This document shows positions 63,621 to 64,000 of a stretch of DNA of 64,000 bases, in pieces; positions within the stretch are counted from its first letter, which is position 1, and each line of letters begins with the position of its first letter. The notes beneath the pieces are model-generated. The model was not told the origin of the DNA. It worked only from the letters and a program-made list of their open reading frames with translations, and did not search any database. Origin of the DNA: Felis catus (taxonomy: Eukaryota); NCBI RefSeq assembly GCF_018350175.1, contig NC_058368.1, positions 90,150,001 to 90,214,000 on the forward strand, in the 5' to 3' direction. Both the position numbers and the translations under genes were made by a program.

Positions 63621-64000
63621 ATAAAATAATCTGCTTCTCCTTTTTTTCCCCCTCTGAATAATAAATAGTTCCTTAGTAAAATATACTTTTCTATTGTTAT
63701 GGGCCAGTCTCAGGACCCACTTCAACAAGGCTCATTGATTAGTTGTTATTTAAGGTGAACTTTAAAGATTTTTCTTATTACTTGTATTTATTTATGGACA
63801 TCTCAGATTATGAAAACTTTAAATCTCCTGTTCCCATTTGTTTTCTCATGTGAGTAGTCTCCCACAATAGGCTTCTGTTCTTTTTTTCTCTGATTGTCCT
63901 CCATAGGGACTGTATGATTTTTTTTCGTGTTTCCTACCTCCTTCCTCAGCAGTGCTGTTATAGTCCATCATTTCTTTTTTTTCTATAGGGATGAGTCATT

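Larger units (their letters stand above)
45798..64000 (+). other. RNF130: RNF130 intron 1 (partial)
   Basis: Begins at the GT donor. I saw no exon 2 (expected to begin VADHLGC...) in the window. Confidence 0.8.

Overview
Mammalian genomic DNA from a carnivore, almost certainly a felid: it carries about 39 tRNA-derived Can-SINEs, several of them young SINEC_Fc-type copies. Two genes lie in tandem on the + strand. The first is the 3' end of RASGEF1C, with four coding exons (1853-1948, 3784-3907, 10774-10846, 11323-11347) and a 3'UTR that apparently ends at a non-canonical poly(A) signal near 12.0 kb. The second is the start of RNF130 (GOLIATH, a PA-TM-RING E3 ligase): a CpG-island promoter and coding exon 1 (45551-45797), then about 18 kb of intron 1. 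The intergenic DNA and introns are a nested mosaic of L1, L2, CR1/L3, MIR, MaLR/ERVL LTR and hAT relics plus microsatellites. Repeat family names are from memory of consensus sequences and most repeat boundaries are approximate. I found no convincing new protein-coding system. The most unusual structures are: an inverted repeat of two ancient CR1/L3 fossils in RNF130 intron 1 that is unexpectedly similar between arms; a multi-hairpin AT-rich element in a RASGEF1C intron; a template-switch palindrome near 39.8 kb; and an in-frame upstream ATG for RNF130.
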